A stretch of 28,135 bases of DNA from a virus (Duplodnaviria; Caudoviricetes), in IMG/VR virus record IMGVR_UViG_3300012031_000065, positions 1 through 28,135 of that record. One strand, given 5' to 3'. The position numbers and the translations under genes were made by a program. A model generated the notes under the pieces. The model searched no databases. It had not been told where the DNA came from and saw only the letters and a list, made by a program, of their open reading frames with translations. Shown here in pieces: positions 24,727-28,135 of this stretch. Each line of letters begins with the position of its first letter. Within the stretch, counting starts at the first letter, position 1.

Positions 24727-25211
24727 TTACCCTCTTTTAATTTATCGTCAACATTAACGAATTCTACCACCCAATTAAGCTCCTTACCTTCGGGGCCAAC
24801 ATGAGTCTGCTCTATCTTATCACCATACTTCTTAGGCTTAAGCTTTGAGCTGATCCACTTCCTTGTCTCTACTCTTAGCCTGGCATGCTGAACACCTGCA
24901 GATGTCAATATCTTGTATGGCTTTAAAGTATCCGGGTCTATCACTGGCACATCGTCAATGATCAGGTCACTTGTAGCCTCATCGTCAGCAATCTCTAGCA
25001 TTTCATCAACTAGAGAATCCGCTGATTCCTGCTTAGCCCTCGTGTACTGGACCGCAAATTCATCTATCTCAGCCAGCCATTTAAACATAGTCGTCTTACT
25101 TGGCATTCCATTTATAGATGCTACCTTCCGCATGCTCATGCCCTCCGCTAAGAGAGCACAAACTTTATTGGCCAGTGCTGGTGTGTACTTTCTAGGTCTA
25201 CCTGCTGGCAT
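24723..25211 (-). CDS. terS: Terminase small subunit (Sf6 gp1-like)
   Basis: GRPRKYT...LAEGMSMRKV...MPSKTTMFKWL...EIADD...RLRVETRKW...PKKYGDK; ATG 25211 follows a GGAGG RBS. Confidence 0.92.
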   Translation of the reverse strand: MPAGRPRKYTPALANKVCALLAEGMSMRKVASINGMPSKTTMFKWLAEIDEFAVQYTRAKQESADSLVDEMLEIADDEATSDLIIDDVPVIDPDTLKPYKILTSAGVQHARLRVETRKWISSKLKPKKYGDKIEQTHVGPEGKELNWVVEFVNVDDKLKEGK

Positions 25212-25255
25212 ATAACCTCCTATCAAAAGAATTTACTTGATTCCACAGTATGGCT

Positions 25256-25780
25256 TTACGGCATGCACCCATAAGCCGCCAGCCCTCGGTCAATCATATC
25301 CTGCCTGTCAACAAAGCTTACATGCCTGGTACCAAGTCTGCATGGGTCAAACACAAATATGCAGGACCCTTTATTGTTACCGTTGACTGCGTTGCCATGC
25401 TTATCCAGAAAAGATATCCTACCATGTATAAAACGCACCTCAGATACTGTTTTAAGCGCATTTTTAAACCATTGCACACTTGGGTCAGCCATTACCAGCA
25501 TAACGACTCCTACGCCATTACGTTGGGCCTCACTCGCTTTCTTAACCCATGGAGTGATATTGCTGTACGGTGGATTGCACCAGAGCCATTTTCGCTTGTT
25601 AGCTTTGACCTCAATTGGTAAGTCATCTACCCAATACTTAGACAATGCATCATCTTTTTTGGACCAGTAGCGCGAGCACTTAGTTGTGTGTGGTTCAGCG
25701 CATACATCAAAGTTAAAATGAAACTCATTATCCAGGCAGGCGAATATTGCTTTTGGAGTAGCGTAATTATCACTCGACAT
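25256..25780 (-). CDS. dam: Phage DNA N6-adenine methyltransferase (phage Dam family)
   Basis: 174 aa; YATP...F.FDVCA, DAL...W, WCNPPYS catalytic motif and RFIHGRISF. Target sequence cannot be determined. Confidence 0.88.
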   Translation of the reverse strand: MSSDNYATPKAIFACLDNEFHFNFDVCAEPHTTKCSRYWSKKDDALSKYWVDDLPIEVKANKRKWLWCNPPYSNITPWVKKASEAQRNGVGVVMLVMADPSVQWFKNALKTVSEVRFIHGRISFLDKHGNAVNGNNKGSCIFVFDPCRLGTRHVSFVDRQDMIDRGLAAYGCMP

Positions 25781-26036
25781 TGCCTATCTCCTGTGTTTTT
25801 CCACTTAAAACAGCTTTTAACTCAGTAATCATCGTGTCATTAGGGTCATCCCACTCAAAATTACCTTCGCCTTCAATTTCTTCGCCATCTTTGCCATAGG
25901 TTACTGACGGTAAAAACTTAGTAAGCATAGCTTCAAGCTCTGCAATGCGTTCTACATCAATTCTAGAGCGTGTATAAAGCGGATTTGGCTGAAAGTTATT
26001 TTCAAAGTCGTCATGCGTCCAGTCATCATTGATCAT
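25770..26036 (-). CDS. Hypothetical acidic protein
   Basis: ATG 26036 after GAGGTAAAGC RBS; 88 aa; overlaps the methyltransferase start. Confidence 0.65.
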   Translation of the reverse strand: MINDDWTHDDFENNFQPNPLYTRSRIDVERIAELEAMLTKFLPSVTYGKDGEEIEGEGNFEWDDPNDTMITELKAVLSGKTQEIGNVE

Positions 26037-26078
26037 TGCTTTACCTCTTTTAATATTCACTCTTATTTACCCCCATTT

Positions 26079-26237
26079 TTACTTTATGTTTTGACGCATT
26101 GGTGAATACAGCACACCATCAACAATAACCCAATCCTTGCGAATCCATTTTGTTACTTGCTGAGGAAGTACATTGTTGGCAATAGCAAACTGCCTCTGGC
26201 TGTCGTAATTCTTTTTAATATAATCAGATAAGAGCAT
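26079..26237 (-). CDS. 52-aa Cro-like helix-turn-helix protein (not in ORF track)
   Basis: TAATG-coupled; MLLSDYIKKNYDSQRQFAIANNVLPQQVTKWIRKDWVIVDGVLYSPMRQNIK has the Q..FA....V..Q.V..W Cro-type pattern. Confidence 0.7.
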   Translation of the reverse strand: MLLSDYIKKNYDSQRQFAIANNVLPQQVTKWIRKDWVIVDGVLYSPMRQNIK

Positions 26238-26578
26238 TAGCTATCGCCTCTCGTAAACTGCTTTTCCATAGATACAAAATCAAGCTCACTCTCTGACATG
26301 CCCTCTAGTGAAGTTTTTGCATTGTTGTACATCTTCCTAAGCATGTAATTTGCCTTGGCTCGTTTGGTTGTCATCTTAGGATGTGCGACAGCAAATGCCA
26401 TAGCGCCACAAAAAATGATCTGCTGGTTGGTCATCATTCTCACCATGTCGTCAATATTCTCGCATTGACTGATTAGTCTAGCTATTGACCTGTACGCTTT
26501 CTCAGCCTCCATCTTGGACTGTTCCAGTTGATAATCTTCATCAGCCTTTGTTAGCTGTGCTTCGTTTTCTTCAATCAT
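26237..26578 (-). CDS. Hypothetical protein
   Basis: 113 aa; GGAGG RBS, overlaps both neighbours. Confidence 0.7.
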   Translation of the reverse strand: MIEENEAQLTKADEDYQLEQSKMEAEKAYRSIARLISQCENIDDMVRMMTNQQIIFCGAMAFAVAHPKMTTKRAKANYMLRKMYNNAKTSLEGMSESELDFVSMEKQFTRGDS

Positions 26579-26796
26579 GAAACCTCCTCCACCTTTTGAA
26601 TTTTGGCACCTAAATATCCGATCACTGACAGTGCAGACCCAACAAAGCCCTCTTTGCCTGCGTCCACATTAATCACTACACCGTTATCCATTGCCTCTTG
26701 CAGCGTAATGTTTTTTGTTGGCTTACCAAGGTAAAGAACTGCCGGGTATAACGCTGGCAACATTTCTATGGTTAGCTCTGATACTTTAACTTGCAT
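26575..26796 (-). CDS. Hypothetical protein
   Basis: 73 aa; GAGGA RBS downstream of a consensus-like promoter. Confidence 0.7.
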   Translation of the reverse strand: MQVKVSELTIEMLPALYPAVLYLGKPTKNITLQEAMDNGVVINVDAGKEGFVGSALSVIGYLGAKIQKVEEVS

Positions 26797-26816
26797 ACAA
26801 TCCTCTTAAAATATTT

Positions 26817-26845
26817 AGTATAAACACTGATAGATTACATTGCAA
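26817..26845 (-). promoter_or_regulatory. Sigma70-like promoter
   Basis: TTGCAA (26845-26840), 17-nt spacer, TATACT (26822-26817) in an AT-rich intergenic gap. Confidence 0.7.
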
Positions 26846-26856
26846 TCAACACTCGA

Positions 26857-27093
26857 TTACCATTTAATAGCCTTGTAAATCAATTCCTCAATAGCACTCA
26901 GATTTTGCTCTAGGAACTCGTTACAAAAATCTTCACTAAGCGCTAACTGTGCATGAGTAATAGACTCAATCTCCAGCTCATCCGGCTCATTCGGCTCGAG
27001 GCTTGCTGAGTGTATTATGTAATTTGTGCCTGCTGAGTAAGTGAACTCGACTTCCCAATCCTCACCCATAAATGTAATTTTTTCTGTTGACAT
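26857..27093 (-). CDS. Hypothetical strongly acidic protein
   Basis: 78 aa, 17 Asp/Glu vs 3 Lys and no Arg; AGGAG RBS. Confidence 0.7.
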   Translation of the reverse strand: MSTEKITFMGEDWEVEFTYSAGTNYIIHSASLEPNEPDELEIESITHAQLALSEDFCNEFLEQNLSAIEELIYKAIKW

Positions 27094-27102
27094 AAATCTC
27101 TC

Positions 27103-27252
27103 CTAAGATGCTAATACTGAGATGCCAAAAATGACACCGCCAATGACAATACCAACTACTGCCAGTTTAACCACAATATACAGCAGCCTTGCCACTGCAT
27201 CTGGACCTATTAGCAGTATCGCTGCAATTAAAATTAATAAGCCTGTTATCAT
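27103..27252 (-). CDS. 49-aa two-helix membrane protein (not in ORF track)
   Basis: MITGLLILIAAILLIGPDAVARLLYIVVKLAVVGIVIGGVIFGISVLAS; GAGGG RBS; fills the gap between its neighbours. Confidence 0.65.
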   Translation of the reverse strand: MITGLLILIAAILLIGPDAVARLLYIVVKLAVVGIVIGGVIFGISVLAS

Positions 27253-27256
27253 TTCA

Positions 27257-27469
27257 CTACCCTCTTTTCTGTAATTCGTCATGCAGGTCCCAAGCTGGTC
27301 TGCGAGCCAAGCTATTCATGTAAGTCAGTCCATCAGAGAAGCTAAAGAACTGCCTGTTAAATTTATCCCACTTACCATCGCACATAACATAGTATTCTTT
27401 TGGCCCTGCATGCATCAGATTCATGCCAAAATTTGCATCTCTGTTACTTGTGGTTAATTGTAATTTCAT
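27257..27469 (-). CDS. Hypothetical protein
   Basis: 70 aa; RBS supplied by repeat copy 1. Confidence 0.7.
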   Translation of the reverse strand: MKLQLTTSNRDANFGMNLMHAGPKEYYVMCDGKWDKFNRQFFSFSDGLTYMNSLARRPAWDLHDELQKRG

Positions 27470-27470
27470 A

Positions 27471-27510
27471 GCTTTACCCTCGACTGTGGCCCCGAAGGGC
27501 CGTTAAAATT
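27471..27510 (-). repeat. 40-nt intergenic repeat copy 1 (UUCG hairpin + RBS)
   Basis: Minus strand AATTTTAAC-GGCCC-TTCG-GGGCC-ACAGTC-GAGGGTAAAGC; 37/40 identical to 27933-27972. Confidence 0.95.
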
Positions 27511-27518
27511 CTTTATGC

Positions 27519-27929
27519 TCAAGCTTTGATCCAGTTTGCGCGAAAACTAGCAGCGTCATCTGGCATGATATCGCCAAGCACACTATCGTGATTGAATCCT
27601 GCTAGGTCTGTTCTAAATGTGCCTACAAGACGAATAGAGCCATCTTTTAACTCATTAGGTACCATCGCCACGATTTCATATCCCATGACCTCCTGTGCTC
27701 TCTCAAGCAGTTTCTGAGATGGTTTTACCACCAGCATCAGCCTATCGGCAGTCGATACCCATTTGCAAAACACATATCCAGCTGGTTTTTTATTCTCATG
27801 CACCACCTGCATATCTTCAATGTAATCAGAAACCGGATTGCTTAGAGCGCCTTTTCCATAGAAATAGCTATACGTCATCAGTCGAGGCTTTTCTTTATCG
27901 ACAACTTCTTTTGATATAAATTTGCTCAT
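27519..27929 (-). CDS. Hypothetical protein
   Basis: 136 aa; flanked by the two repeat copies, RBS supplied by copy 2. Confidence 0.75.
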   Translation of the reverse strand: MSKFISKEVVDKEKPRLMTYSYFYGKGALSNPVSDYIEDMQVVHENKKPAGYVFCKWVSTADRLMLVVKPSQKLLERAQEVMGYEIVAMVPNELKDGSIRLVGTFRTDLAGFNHDSVLGDIMPDDAASFRANWIKA

Positions 27930-27932
27930 GGT

Positions 27933-27972
27933 GCTTTACCCTCGATGTTGGCCCCGAAGGGCCGTTAAAATT
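27933..27972 (-). repeat. 40-nt intergenic repeat copy 2 (UUCG hairpin + RBS)
   Basis: Minus strand AATTTTAAC-GGCCC-TTCG-GGGCC-AACATC-GAGGGTAAAGC. Confidence 0.95.
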
Positions 27973-27974
27973 AC

Positions 27975-28135
27975 TTAAAATTGGCCTTTTACAAAACGTC
28001 CGTAAGCACACACTTGCTCATAGTTATGATAAAGCTCTTGTGCTGCCTCAGCTGAATGGCCCATTGACATTGCACCCATACCTGCCTCAGCTGCTCGCTC
28101 CTGGCGATTTTCTTCCTCCCACTCCTCCTGTGTCA
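27975..28135 (-). CDS. Hypothetical protein, 5' end outside window
   Basis: Open frame ...TQEEWEEENRQERAAEAGMG...YGRFVKGQF ending at TAA 27977-27975, just before repeat copy 2. Confidence 0.6.
   Translation of the reverse strand, partial: TQEEWEEENRQERAAEAGMGAMSMGHSAEAAQELYHNYEQVCAYGRFVKGQF

Larger units (their letters stand above)
1..28135 (-). mobile_element. P22-like podovirus/prophage segment (early accessory genes, packaging, head, tail, ejection and receptor-binding modules)
   Basis: All credible genes lie on the minus strand with ATGA/TAATG/TGATG overlaps. The order terS-terL-portal-scaffold-coat-gp4-gp10-ejection proteins-tailspike matches P22-like phages. No integrase, att site or host genes are visible, so lytic vs prophage state is undetermined. 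Confidence 0.95.

Noticed and set aside
24787-24802. 16-nt inverted match (CCTTCGGGGCCAACAT) to repeat copy 2 inside terS
   Set aside because: Opposite orientation, lacks the full hairpin arm and RBS, and encodes ordinary residues (HVGPEG). One match of this length in 28 kb can arise by chance.
25256-25780. Methyltransferase as part of a restriction-modification system
   Set aside because: No adjacent endonuclease; orphan Dam-type genes next to terminase are common in phages.
399-27919. All plus-strand ORFs in the track (e.g. 399-614, 4280-4807, 10461-10850, 21501-21845, 25250-25621)
   Set aside because: They lie antisense to well-supported minus-strand genes, have Ser/Leu-rich shadow composition and show no recognisable motifs.
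27471-27972. 40-nt repeats as a CRISPR array or as terminators
   Set aside because: Only two copies, separated by a 420-nt gene; no cas genes; no U-tract downstream on the coding strand.

Overview
The whole window is one co-oriented (minus-strand) segment of a P22-like podovirus or prophage genome. In transcription order (right to left) it holds: small early or accessory ORFs (two preceded by an almost identical 40-nt UUCG-hairpin/RBS repeat), a phage Dam-type adenine methyltransferase, small terminase, two tiny inserted ORFs, large terminase, portal, a 1415-aa multidomain protein, an 18-aa Lys/Gly/Cys micropeptide ORF, scaffold, coat, a gp4-like adaptor, an extra fibre-like protein, a gp10-like hub, a cupin-SET fusion, four ejection-type proteins and three tail or receptor-binding proteins. 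The most unusual part is the head module. A polyvalent-type giant protein (pre-toxin-like helices, ART-like, GNAT-like and HDxxGH domains) is coupled to the portal gene, appears to carry an overprinted +1-frame gene in one linker, and is followed directly by the lysine-rich micropeptide. The same operon encodes a SET lysine-methyltransferase domain next to the ejection proteins. Family assignments come from motif recognition and synteny only; no searches were run.
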